Source of the DNA: Gemmatimonadota bacterium | Lineage (GTDB): Bacteria > Gemmatimonadota > Gemmatimonadetes > Palauibacterales > Palauibacteraceae | Direction of reading: 5' to 3' | Assembly (NCBI GenBank): GCA_965116475.1 | Contig: OZ220691.1 | Coordinates: 3,424,001-3,488,000, forward strand | Length of the DNA: 64,000 bases | Shown: positions 52,998 to 62,136 of the stretch, piece after piece | How the letters are laid out: each line of letters starts with the position of its first letter | Numbering within the stretch: position 1 is the first letter of the stretch | Notes under the pieces: generated by a model | What the model was told of the DNA's origin: nothing | Databases searched by the model: none | The model's input: only the letters and a program-made list of their open reading frames with translations | Translations under genes and position numbers: made by a program

Positions 52998-55688
52998 TTG
53001 GGTGACGCTCAACCGTCCACCGAACTTTCCTCCCGTTACGATCCCGCCGGGCTCGAACAGCCGATGTACGAGCGCTGGGTCGACGCGGGTCTGTTTCACG
53101 TGCCGGCCGCGGAGGTCGAACGGCCGTGGGTGATCGTGATCCCGCCGCCCAACGTCACCGCCGCGCTGCACATGGGTCACGGGCTCAACAACACCCTGCA
53201 GGATGTCCTCATCCGCCGGCGGCGGATGCAGGGGTACGACGCCCTGTGGGTGCCGGGCACGGATCACGCCGGGATCGCGACGCAGAACGTCGTCGAGCGA
53301 CAGTTGCGCGGGGATGGTCTCACGCGCTTCGACCTCGGCCGCGAGGCTTTCGTCGAGCGCGTATGGGAGTGGGTGGACGAGTACGGGGGACGGATCATCG
53401 ACCAGCTGCGCACCATCGGGTGTTCCTGCGACTGGGAGCGGACCCGGTTCACGCTCGACCCGGGACTCTCCCACGCGGTGCGCGAGGTCTTCGTCCGCCT
53501 CTACGAGAAGGACCTCATCTACCGCGGCCGCTACATCATCAACTGGTGTCCCCGTTGCCGCACCGCCCTCTCCAACGAGGAAGCGGAGCACCGCGACGTG
53601 GATGGCAAGCTCTACCGCCTGAAGTATCCTCTGGTGGACGGCGGCCACGTGGAGGTCGCGACGACGCGGCCCGAGACGATGCTCGGCGACACCGGGCTCG
53701 CGGTTTCGCCCGCGGACGAGCGCTACGGCGACCTCGTCGGCCGGGAGGCCGAACTGCCGCTGGTGGGGCGGCGTCTACCGATCGTCGCCGATGAACACGT
53801 GGATCCGGAATTCGGGTCGGGCGTGGTGAAGGTCACGCCCGCGCACGATCCGAACGACTTCGAGATCGGGCGGCGCCACGGGCTCGAGGCGCTCGACGTG
53901 ATGACGGACCGGGGCGCGATGAACGACGCCGTCCCGGAAGCCTATCGCGGCCTCGATCGCCTCGAGGCGCGCCGCCGCGTCGTGGCGGACCTCGAGGCGG
54001 GCGGGTGGCTCACCGGCGTGGAGGACCATGCGCACGCCGTCGGGCGGTGCTATCGCTGCGACACCATCGTCGAGCCGCGCCTCAGCCTCCAGTGGTTCGT
54101 CCGCATGAAGCCGCTCGCGGAGCCGGGGCTGGCGGCCTACGAGAGCGGGGAACTTCGCTTCCACCCCGCGCGGTTCGGCCGCGTGTACCGCAACTGGATG
54201 GAGAACATCCGCGACTGGTGCATCAGCCGGCAGCTGTGGTGGGGACACCGGATCCCCGTCTGGTATTGCGACGCCCCCGACTGCGGCGAGGTCGTCGTCT
54301 CCACCGAGGACCCGGACGACTGCCCGGCCTGCGGAGGCGAACTGCGCCAGGACGAGGACGTGCTGGATACCTGGTTCAGTTCGTGGCTCTGGCCCTTCTC
54401 GACCCTCGGATGGCCGAAGGAGACAGCCGATCTCCGGTCGTTCTATCCGACGGCGACGCTCGTCACGGCGCCGGAGATCCTGTTCTTCTGGGTGGCCCGC
54501 ATGATCATGGCGGGTTTCGAGTTCATGGGAGAGCTGCCGTTCACCGACGTCCTGCTGAACGGCACGGTGCGGGACCACGTCGGACGGCGCATGTCGAAAT
54601 CTCTCGGCAACGGGATAGATCCTCTAGAAGTCGTTGAACTGTATGGTGCTGACGCCATGCGCTTCACGCTCGTTCGAGGGTCGCCGCTCGGCACGGACAT
54701 CCAGCTCGACAACGAGAACCTGGAAGCCGCCTTCCGTCCGGGGCGCAACTTCGCGAACAAGATGTGGAACGCGGCGCGGTTCGCGTTGCCGCACGCGCGC
54801 TGGGACGGCGCGGGAGACGTGCCGGAGCCGACGGCGCTCGCGGACCGGTGGATCCGCAGCCGGCTCGCGCGGGTAGCGCACGACATGGACGCGGCCTACG
54901 AAGGCTATCGCCTGCACGAGGCCGCCGAGGCCGGCCACTCGTTCGTGTGGGGAGATTTCTGCGACTGGTACCTGGAGTTGGCGAAGCACCGGTTGACGGG
55001 TGAGCCCGAGTCGGCTCGGGAGGTCGGACACACCCTGACGCTCGTGATGCGCGGTTGGCTCTCGCTCCTCCATCCGATCGTGCCCTTCGTCACGGAAGCG
55101 ATCGCGGAAAGGTTGCCGGACGCGGAGGCCTCGGGCTCGCTTGTCACGGGACCGTGGCCCGACTGTCCCGAGGACTGGATCGATCCCGATGCGGATGCGG
55201 GCATCGAGGCGCTCCGGGAGTTCGTGGGGGCGGTCCGGACGTTGCGAGGGGAATACGGTGTGGCGCCGGGAACTCGGGTACGGGTCCAGGTTACGGATGC
55301 TTCGCCGGCCCTGCTGTCGGCGCTGGCGGAGGAGGAGGGCAGCATCGCGCGGCTGGCGGGGTTGTCCGGGATCGAACGGGTCGCCGAGGGGGCGGGCCCG
55401 GCGTCCGCCGATGGGGCCGGGGCGCATGCGGTGCTCCGCTCGGGCGGCGAACTCTTCCTCCCCCTGGAAGGAGTCATCGATCTGGAGACGGAGCGCGGGC
55501 GCATCCGCGCGGAACTGGAACGTACGGCCGACCTGCTCGCGCGCAGCCGCGGCAAGCTCGACAACGCGGGCTTCCTCGGTAACGCGCCCGAGGAGGTCAT
55601 CGCACGGGAGCGTGAGAAAGTGACCTCGCTGGGGGAACAGCGAACGCGCCTCGAGGAGAAGCTCCGATCGCTGCGGGCGGGCGTCTGA
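52998..55688 (+). CDS. valS: Valine--tRNA ligase
   Basis: PPPNVT..LHMGH, GTDHAGIATQ, ATTRPET, DWCISRQLWWGH, RMSKSLGN, C-terminal coiled coil. Confidence 0.99.
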   Translation: MGDAQPSTELSSRYDPAGLEQPMYERWVDAGLFHVPAAEVERPWVIVIPPPNVTAALHMGHGLNNTLQDVLIRRRRMQGYDALWVPGTDHAGIATQNVVERQLRGDGLTRFDLGREAFVERVWEWVDEYGGRIIDQLRTIGCSCDWERTRFTLDPGLSHAVREVFVRLYEKDLIYRGRYIINWCPRCRTALSNEEAEHRDVDGKLYRLKYPLVDGGHVEVATTRPETMLGDTGLAVSPADERYGDLVGREAELPLVGRRLPIVADEHVDPEFGSGVVKVTPAHDPNDFEIGRRHGLEALDVMTDRGAMNDAVPEAYRGLDRLEARRRVVADLEAGGWLTGVEDHAHAVGRCYRCDTIVEPRLSLQWFVRMKPLAEPGLAAYESGELRFHPARFGRVYRNWMENIRDWCISRQLWWGHRIPVWYCDAPDCGEVVVSTEDPDDCPACGGELRQDEDVLDTWFSSWLWPFSTLGWPKETADLRSFYPTATLVTAPEILFFWVARMIMAGFEFMGELPFTDVLLNGTVRDHVGRRMSKSLGNGIDPLEVVELYGADAMRFTLVRGSPLGTDIQLDNENLEAAFRPGRNFANKMWNAARFALPHARWDGAGDVPEPTALADRWIRSRLARVAHDMDAAYEGYRLHEAAEAGHSFVWGDFCDWYLELAKHRLTGEPESAREVGHTLTLVMRGWLSLLHPIVPFVTEAIAERLPDAEASGSLVTGPWPDCPEDWIDPDADAGIEALREFVGAVRTLRGEYGVAPGTRVRVQVTDASPALLSALAEEEGSIARLAGLSGIERVAEGAGPASADGAGAHAVLRSGGELFLPLEGVIDLETERGRIRAELERTADLLARSRGKLDNAGFLGNAPEEVIAREREKVTSLGEQRTRLEEKLRSLRAGV

Positions 55689-57196
55689 CGCGCGCCGGGC
55701 CCGGAACCTCCGGGCAGGGGCCGGGCGCCCGCGGGCGACTTGTCGCCTTCGTCGCCGACGGGAGGTTCCTTTCGGCGGCGACGGCGCTCCTCGTCATGCT
55801 GGGATGCGCGAGGGAGATGCCTCCGCCGGGCGCGCGGCCGGACGAAATCCCTCCCTCCATCGTCCGCATCCGTCCCGCGCCGGAGTCGACGGTCGCCGAC
55901 TTCGACGGCGCGCTGGAAATCCGTTTCAGCGAGCCCGTGCGGATACCGAACGGGCTTGCCAGGGAGATGTTCGTCAGCCCGATGGAGACGTACGAGGCGC
56001 AGACGGGCTTCTCCGATCTGCGTCTTCGGCCGGAAGACGGCTGGCGGGACAGCGTGGCGTACTGCTTCACGATTCCGACCGATGGGATCAACGACCTTCT
56101 GCGCAACGGGATGGAAGAGCCCGTCGAGTTCTGCTTCTCCACGGGAGGCGAGATCCCGCGCACCCGGGTCGAGGGAGAGGTGGTCGACGCGCTTACCGGG
56201 CAACCGCTGGAAGAGGCGCGGGTCATCTTCTGGGCGGGTCCGGATTCCATCCCTTACGGCGCAATCTCCGACAGCACCGGGAGGTTCGCGGCGCGCGGGC
56301 TGCCGCCGGGCGAGTATCAGGCCTTCGGATTTTTCGACCGCAACCGCAACATGATGCCGGACCGCGTCCTCGAGTCGTACGACAGCGCTTCCGTGGCGGC
56401 CGCGCCGGAGACCCCGGTGGAGTTGCGGTTCGTCGTCGTGGCGCCGGATACGACGCCGCCTCTGCTTGCCCGCGCGCTCGTCGTGGGAAGCGAGACCGTG
56501 CAACTCGAATTCGATGACTATCTCCTCAATCCCCAACCGGAGGAGCCCGGCATCGCGATTCGGGACTCCGCGACGAACGAAGTGCTGGAGATCGTGGCCA
56601 GCCTCATGGGTTCGGCCGACGAGGTGACGTTCCCGCTCGATTCCGCCGCGCTGGCGGACTCCGTCGCGGTGGCGGATTCCGCGGCCGCAGGCGACTCGGC
56701 GGCCATCGCAGACTCGGCAGCCGTGGCGGACTCCGCGGCGGTCGGCGACACCGCGGCGGTCGAAGCGCCGAGCCCGGATTCCGCCGGCGCGGCCGTCTCC
56801 GATTCCGTGCCGGAAGAGGAACTCGTGCTTCCGTCGAGGTTCATCACCGTGCGGCTCGCGGCGCCGCTCGACTCCGGGACGTACCGGGTGTCGGTGACGG
56901 GCGTGGTGAACGTGCGCCGTCTCGCGGGAGGCGGCGATACGTCCTTCGTGGCCGAGCCGGAACCCCCGTCCGCCGATTCGGCGACAGCCGCCGACTCGGT
57001 CGCCGCGGCCGATTCGGCGGCGGTGGCGGACTCGACGGCTGCCGAGGGCGATTCCGTCGCAGTGGAGCAGGACTCGGTGCCCCCGGCGCCCGACAGTCTC
57101 GCCGTTCCCGGAGTCCCACCGGACACTCTCGGAGTCCCGCCGGACACGACTGGGGCGCCGCCGGACACGGCAGGGGCGAAGAGACGGCGCGCATGA
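55685..57196 (+). CDS. Ig-like domain lipoprotein with D(S/T)x repeat arrays (probable CTG start 55685; first ATG 55796)
   Basis: FLSAATALLVMLGC lipoprotein signal, CA...PPPG..PD..PP, IRFSEPV, FSTG, carboxypeptidase-regulatory-like segment TGRF...GLPPGEY. Confidence 0.8.
   Translation: MTRAGPGTSGQGPGARGRLVAFVADGRFLSAATALLVMLGCAREMPPPGARPDEIPPSIVRIRPAPESTVADFDGALEIRFSEPVRIPNGLAREMFVSPMETYEAQTGFSDLRLRPEDGWRDSVAYCFTIPTDGINDLLRNGMEEPVEFCFSTGGEIPRTRVEGEVVDALTGQPLEEARVIFWAGPDSIPYGAISDSTGRFAARGLPPGEYQAFGFFDRNRNMMPDRVLESYDSASVAAAPETPVELRFVVVAPDTTPPLLARALVVGSETVQLEFDDYLLNPQPEEPGIAIRDSATNEVLEIVASLMGSADEVTFPLDSAALADSVAVADSAAAGDSAAIADSAAVADSAAVGDTAAVEAPSPDSAGAAVSDSVPEEELVLPSRFITVRLAAPLDSGTYRVSVTGVVNVRRLAGGGDTSFVAEPEPPSADSATAADSVAAADSAAVADSTAAEGDSVAVEQDSVPPAPDSLAVPGVPPDTLGVPPDTTGAPPDTAGAKRRRA
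56639..56764 (+). repeat. Degenerate 18-bp in-frame repeat x7
   Basis: Encodes DSAALA DSVAVA DSAAAG DSAAIA DSAAVA DSAAVG DTAAVE. Confidence 0.85.
56975..57172 (+). repeat. Second degenerate D(S/T)x repeat array
   Basis: Encodes DSATAA DSVAAA DSAAVA DSTAAEG DSVAVEQ DSVPPAP DSL..., PPDTL, PPDTT, PPDTA. Confidence 0.8.
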
Positions 57197-58569
57197 CGGA
57201 CCCCCGCCGCCGGCTCCCCTCGATGGACGCGCTCCTCAAGGAGTCCGAAGTCGCCGCGTGGATCGACTGCTACGGCCGCGAGACGGTCAAGGACTCGCTC
57301 CGCCGGGCCCTGGACCGCACCCGGGCGGAACCCGGTCCGGAGCGATCCGATGAGGTCGATCTCCTGCGGACCGCGGAACGCGATCTGGAGCGGCGATCGA
57401 GGCCCTCGCTGCGGCGGACGCTCAACGGCACGGGCATCGTGCTCCACACGAACCTCGGACGGGCACCGCTTGCCGACGAGGCGACCCTCGCCCAGGCGGA
57501 GGCCGGCGGCTACGGGAACGTGGAACTCTCCCTCGCGACGGGCCGGCGCGGCTCGCGCTACGACCACTGCGGCGAAGTCGTCTGCGAACTGACGGGCGCG
57601 GGCGCGGCGATCATCGCGAACAACAACGCGGCGGCGGTGGCGCTCGTCGTGAACGAACTGGCGCGGGGCCGCGAGGTACTCGTGTCGCGCGGGGAACTGG
57701 TCGAAATCGGAGGCACGTTCAGGATCCCCGATGTCGTGGAACGGAGCGGCGGCCGGTTGAAGGAGGTCGGCACGACGAACCGGACGAGATTGTCCGACTA
57801 CGAGGCCGCCATCGACGGGTCGACCGGGCTGATCCTGCGGGTCCACCCCTCGAACTACCGCGTCGAGGGTTTCGCGGCCCGCCCGCCGCTCGCGGCCCTG
57901 GCGTCGCTCGCGCGGGAGCGGGGGATCCCGCTGGCCCACGACCTCGGCTCCGGGTTGCTCGATGCGGATCTCCTGCCGGGATTCCCGGAGGGGCCCACCG
58001 CGCGGGGGTCGCTGGCCGCGGGGGTCGACCTGGCGACCTGGAGCGGTGACAAGCTCCTCGGAGGTCCGCAGGCCGGGATCATCGCCGGCGACACGGCCCT
58101 GATCGCGCGATTGCGCCGCAACCCCCTGCTGCGGGCGTTCCGCGTGGACAAGACGACGCTCGCCGCTCTCGAAGCCACGCTGATGCTGTACCGCGATCCG
58201 GATCTCGCCGCCCGCCGCGTGCCGGCGCTGCGGATGCTGCGCGAGCCGGCGGAGGCAGTCGAAGCCCGCGCGGCTGCCGTGCGCCCCGATCCTCCGCCGC
58301 GTGCCGGCGCGCGCGTTGACGTGGCCCGGACCGAGGCCATGGTCGGAGGGGGCGCCTTTCCGGGGTTCGCGATCCCTTCGGCCGGCTGGGCCGTGACGGG
58401 GGTGGACGTCGAACGTCTCGCGGCGGAGTGTCGCGCCGGCCCGGTCCCGCTCATCGGCCGCATCGAGCGTGCGGCGTTCATCGTCGATGTGCGGACGCTG
58501 CCCGGCGAAGAAGCGGCCCGGGCCGCGGAAGCGCTCGCCTCGGCGCTCGACCGGCTCGCCGATGCCTGA
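57193..58569 (+). CDS. selA: L-seryl-tRNA(Sec) selenium transferase
   Basis: NGTGIVLHTNLGRAPL, NNNAAAV, SRGELVEIGG.FRIPD, EVGTTNRT, DLGSG, SGDKLLGGPQAG, RVDK. Confidence 0.96.
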   Translation: MTDPRRRLPSMDALLKESEVAAWIDCYGRETVKDSLRRALDRTRAEPGPERSDEVDLLRTAERDLERRSRPSLRRTLNGTGIVLHTNLGRAPLADEATLAQAEAGGYGNVELSLATGRRGSRYDHCGEVVCELTGAGAAIIANNNAAAVALVVNELARGREVLVSRGELVEIGGTFRIPDVVERSGGRLKEVGTTNRTRLSDYEAAIDGSTGLILRVHPSNYRVEGFAARPPLAALASLARERGIPLAHDLGSGLLDADLLPGFPEGPTARGSLAAGVDLATWSGDKLLGGPQAGIIAGDTALIARLRRNPLLRAFRVDKTTLAALEATLMLYRDPDLAARRVPALRMLREPAEAVEARAAAVRPDPPPRAGARVDVARTEAMVGGGAFPGFAIPSAGWAVTGVDVERLAAECRAGPVPLIGRIERAAFIVDVRTLPGEEAARAAEALASALDRLADA

Positions 58570-59230
58570 CGCCGTGCGGATCGCGGTCCTCGCCTCGGGA
58601 GGCGGTTCCAACTTCCAGGCGCTCGTCGACCGCTTCCAGCGCGCGGACATCCCCGACCGCGAGATCGTCGGTGTGATCGCCAGCCGCGAGGGAGCGGGCG
58701 TCCTGGAGCGGGCCCGCCGGGCCGGGGTGGCATCCGCGGTCTCGCCCGCGTCAGCGACGAGTGACGGCACGGCAACGTTCCTCCGCCGCACGCTGGACGA
58801 GTGGCGAAGCGACATCGTGGTCCTGGCCGGCTACATGAAGCTGGTCCCGGAGGGCCTCGTGCGGGCTTACTGGGGACGGATCCTGAACATCCATCCCGCG
58901 CTGCTGCCCTCGTTCGGAGGACGCGGGATGTACGGCGCGCGCGTGCACCGGGCGGTCATCGAGGCCGGCGTCCGGATCACCGGAGCGACCGTCCACTTCG
59001 TCGACGAGGCGTACGACCGGGGGCCCATCCTGTGCCAGTGGCCCGTACCCGTGCTCGCGGGCGATACTCCGGCATCCGTGGCGGCCCGCGTGCTCGAGGT
59101 CGAGCACCGCATCCTCCCCGCGGCCGTCGAAGCGCTGGCTTCGGGCGCGGTTCGGCTGGAGGCGCACCGCCGGGTCCACTGGGTTCGTGAGTGGTTCCAG
59201 ACAGAGACGTTCACCAACCGGGAAGGATGA
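58562..59230 (+). CDS. purN: Phosphoribosylglycinamide formyltransferase
   Basis: LASGGGSNFQAL, LAGYMK, NIHPALLPSF, GATVHFV..YDRGPI. Confidence 0.97.
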   Translation: MPDAVRIAVLASGGGSNFQALVDRFQRADIPDREIVGVIASREGAGVLERARRAGVASAVSPASATSDGTATFLRRTLDEWRSDIVVLAGYMKLVPEGLVRAYWGRILNIHPALLPSFGGRGMYGARVHRAVIEAGVRITGATVHFVDEAYDRGPILCQWPVPVLAGDTPASVAARVLEVEHRILPAAVEALASGAVRLEAHRRVHWVREWFQTETFTNREG

Positions 59231-59236
59231 GTGGGA

Positions 59237-60826
59237 ATGCCGACTGCGCTCGTGAGCGTTTCGGACAAGACGGGAATCGAGGAATTCTGCGCCGGGCTGA
59301 TCGCGCGGGGCTGGGAGATCGCGTCCACGGGAGGGACGATGCGGGCATTGCGCGCGGCGGGGCTTGAGGTCCGCGGCGTGAGCGACTTGACCGGCCATCC
59401 GGAGATGCTCGATGGCCGGGTGAAGACGCTGCACCCGAGGGTGCACGGCGGGATCCTCGCCCGGCGCGAGGTGGCGGACGACCTGGACCAACTCGCCGCG
59501 CACGGGATGGTTCCCATCGACCTCGTGGCCGTGAACCTGTACCCCTTCCGCGAGACGGTGGCTGGCGGCGACGTCACGCTCGGGGAAGCGCTGGAGCAGA
59601 TCGACATCGGCGGCCCGACGATGCTCCGGGCGTCGGCGAAGAACCACCCGTCGGTCTGGTCGGTGTGCGACCCGGCCGACTACGGGCGCGTGCTCGCGGC
59701 CATCGATGCCGGGGACGCGCCGGAGACGGCGGGGCTGAGGCGGGAGCTGGCGGTCAAGGTGTTCGGGCATACCACGGCCTACGACGCGGCGATCACCCGC
59801 TACCTGGCCCGGCCGGACGGCGCCGCGGATGCGCCCGACCTCCCGGCGGGAGAGACCGTCATCCCGCTCGTCCGCGTGCAGACGCTCCGCTACGGGGAGA
59901 ACCCGGACCAGGAGGCCGCCTTCTACCGCGACGGGTCCGGTCCGGCGCGGGGGATTCCCGCGCTCGCCCAAGTCCACGGCCGGGAACTCTCGTTCAACAA
60001 CCTTCTCGATGTGGACGGCGCCCTCACCGCGATCGCGCCCTTCGTGTTCGGGAGACGGGCCGCCTGCGCGATCCTCAAGCACTCGACGCCGTGCGGCCTC
60101 GCCGTCGGCACGTCTCCGCTGGAGGCCTACGAGAAGGCGCTCGCGTGCGATCCCGTTTCGGCGTTCGGCTCGGTCATCGCCTTCACGGACCCGCTCACGG
60201 ATGACGTCGCGGAAGCCCTCTCGCGCAACTTCGTGGAGTGCGTCGTGGCGCCGGGATACTCGGAGGACGCGCTCCACATCCTGCGGGCGAAGAAGAACAT
60301 CCGGATTCTGCAGCCCGAGGCGGGCGCGGCGCTGGACGCGGACGGTCATCTGCAGGACGGGGTCGAGGTGCGCGGCGTGCGCGGCGGGGTCCTGATGCAG
60401 GCGGCCCCGCGACCGGCACGCGAGGTGCGTCGGGAGGCGCACGTCCCGACGGCGCGCGCCCCGAGCGACGCGGAATGGGACGATCTCGCGTTCGCCTGGT
60501 CCGCGGTGCAGAGCGTGAAGTCGAACGCGATCCTGCTCGCGCGCGATGGGGCCTCGATCGGCATCGGCGCGGGGCAGATGAGCCGCGTCGATTCGGTGGA
60601 GATCTCCGTCCGCAAGGCCCGGGCGCAGGGGTTCGACGTGACGGGCGCCGTCCTCGGGTCGGACGCGTTCTTCCCCTTCCGCGACGGCATCGATGCGGCG
60701 GCCGCCGCCGGGGTGACGGCGATCGCCCAGCCGGGTGGCTCGAAGCGCGATGCGGAGGTCATCGAGGCCGCGGACGAGCACGGCATGGCGATGGTCTTCA
60801 CCGGCCGGCGGCTCTTCCGCCACTAG
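59237..60826 (+). CDS. purH: Bifunctional AICAR transformylase/IMP cyclohydrolase
   Basis: SVSDKTG, GRVKTLHP, IDIGGP, LRYGENP, KSNAI, SDAFFPF, QPGGS, RLFRH. Confidence 0.98.
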   Translation: MPTALVSVSDKTGIEEFCAGLIARGWEIASTGGTMRALRAAGLEVRGVSDLTGHPEMLDGRVKTLHPRVHGGILARREVADDLDQLAAHGMVPIDLVAVNLYPFRETVAGGDVTLGEALEQIDIGGPTMLRASAKNHPSVWSVCDPADYGRVLAAIDAGDAPETAGLRRELAVKVFGHTTAYDAAITRYLARPDGAADAPDLPAGETVIPLVRVQTLRYGENPDQEAAFYRDGSGPARGIPALAQVHGRELSFNNLLDVDGALTAIAPFVFGRRAACAILKHSTPCGLAVGTSPLEAYEKALACDPVSAFGSVIAFTDPLTDDVAEALSRNFVECVVAPGYSEDALHILRAKKNIRILQPEAGAALDADGHLQDGVEVRGVRGGVLMQAAPRPAREVRREAHVPTARAPSDAEWDDLAFAWSAVQSVKSNAILLARDGASIGIGAGQMSRVDSVEISVRKARAQGFDVTGAVLGSDAFFPFRDGIDAAAAAGVTAIAQPGGSKRDAEVIEAADEHGMAMVFTGRRLFRH

Positions 60827-60903
60827 TGGGACCGCCGCCCGCCGGCGCGTGGCCAGGTCCCGTGCCGGGCGAAGGGTTGCGAAACACGCGGCCCCGGAGC
60901 GGT

Positions 60904-60909
60904 TATAAT
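60904..60909 (+). promoter_or_regulatory. Consensus -10 box upstream of msrP
   Basis: TATAAT in GC-rich intergenic DNA 75 nt before msrP; nearest -35-like TTGCGA is 21 nt away (non-standard spacing). Confidence 0.45.
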
Positions 60910-60984
60910 TGAGTAAGTGACGCCGCGGACGAAGCGGCCGGCGGCCGGCGAGGGCCGGAGGCCGAACGGCAAGGGAGACTCCCC

Positions 60985-62016
60985 ATGGCGAACATTCATA
61001 TTCCGCCCGGTTGGCGGATCAGGGAGAGCGAGGCGACGCCGGAGTCGGTGTACCTCGACCGGCGGCAGTTCGTGGCCCGCATGGGCGGGGGCGCGGTCCT
61101 CGCCGCCGCCTCGCTCGCCTGCCGGCCGGGCGCGGCGGCGGAAGCCCAGCAGCGCGGCCCCCTCGACAACATCCCGGACACCCCGACCGCGGATCTCTAT
61201 CCCGTGGCCGTGAACGATCCGCGCTTCACGCCCGGCGACCGCCACAAGGAGGTGTCGCCCGAGGAGATCGTGGCCACGTACAACAACTTCTACGAGTTCG
61301 GCACGGACAAGGACGGGGTGTGGCGCAACGTCGGCCCGTTCGAGGCTCGACCATGGCAACTGGAAGTCACGGGCCTCGTCGAGAACCCGGGCGTCTACGA
61401 CCTGGTGGAGCTGGAACGCGCCTTCCCGCTCGAGGAACGGATCTACCGGCACCGCTGCGTGGAGCGGTGGTCCGTCGTCGTACCGTGGATCGGCTTCCCG
61501 CTCGCCCGGCTGCTGGAGCGGGTGCAGCCGCGCAACGATGCCCGCTACGTCGGCTTCGTGACCTTCAACCGGCCCGAGCAGGCCTTCGGCCAGAAGACGC
61601 AAAGCTGGTACAAGTGGCCCTACTACGAAGGGCTTCGCATGGACGAGGCGATGAACGAACTCGCCTTCGTCGTGACGGGCATGTACGGCCATCCGCTCCA
61701 GAAGCAGAACGGCGCGCCGGTCCGTATCCACGTGCCCTGGAAATACGGATACAAGAGCCCCAAGAGCATCGTCCGCATCGACGTCACCGCGGAGATGCCG
61801 ACGACCTTCTGGAACGAGCTGCAGCCCTCCGAGTACGGCTTCTATTCGAACGTGGATCCGGGCGTGCCTCACCCCCGCTGGTCGCAGGAGCAGGAGGAGA
61901 TCGTCGGCACGGGGCAACGGATTCCGACGCTCCCGTTCAACGGATATGGCGAGTGGGTGGGAGACCTCTACGATGGTCGCGTGACGCCCGTCGGTGACGT
62001 GCCGCACGCCCGCTGA
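60985..62016 (+). CDS. msrP: Protein-methionine-sulfoxide reductase catalytic subunit MsrP
   Basis: TPESVYLDRRQF Tat signal, YNNFYEFGTDK, RHRCVE.WS, YYEGLRMDEAMN, QNGAP.R..VPWKYGYKS.K, HPRWSQ. Confidence 0.96.
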   Translation: MANIHIPPGWRIRESEATPESVYLDRRQFVARMGGGAVLAAASLACRPGAAAEAQQRGPLDNIPDTPTADLYPVAVNDPRFTPGDRHKEVSPEEIVATYNNFYEFGTDKDGVWRNVGPFEARPWQLEVTGLVENPGVYDLVELERAFPLEERIYRHRCVERWSVVVPWIGFPLARLLERVQPRNDARYVGFVTFNRPEQAFGQKTQSWYKWPYYEGLRMDEAMNELAFVVTGMYGHPLQKQNGAPVRIHVPWKYGYKSPKSIVRIDVTAEMPTTFWNELQPSEYGFYSNVDPGVPHPRWSQEQEEIVGTGQRIPTLPFNGYGEWVGDLYDGRVTPVGDVPHAR

Positions 62017-62037
62017 AGTCCAGGCGGGCGGGATTCC

Positions 62038-62066
62038 TTGACCCGCCCGCCGTCCTCAGCTAGAGT
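62038..62066 (+). promoter_or_regulatory. sigma70-type promoter of the cox operon
   Basis: TTGACC (62038-62043), 17-nt spacer, TAGAGT (62061-62066). Confidence 0.65.
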
Positions 62067-62136
62067 CCCGCGGGCTTTGCGGAGGCGGAGCCCGCCCTGA
62101 ATCGAGACTTTCCCCGAAACGCATATAGATACGCCC

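Noticed and set aside
54611..54635. GATCCTCTAGAAGTCG, resembling the pUC polylinker (possible vector contamination)
   Set aside because: Imperfect match that encodes the conserved ValS GIDPLEV in frame
56639..57172. Repeat arrays as CRISPR
   Set aside because: In-frame degenerate coding repeats with no unique spacers and no cas genes
30482..62016. UGA-encoded selenocysteine in the redox proteins (brx, trxA, msrP), given selA
   Set aside because: All the active-site codons I checked are TGC and the frames are uninterrupted
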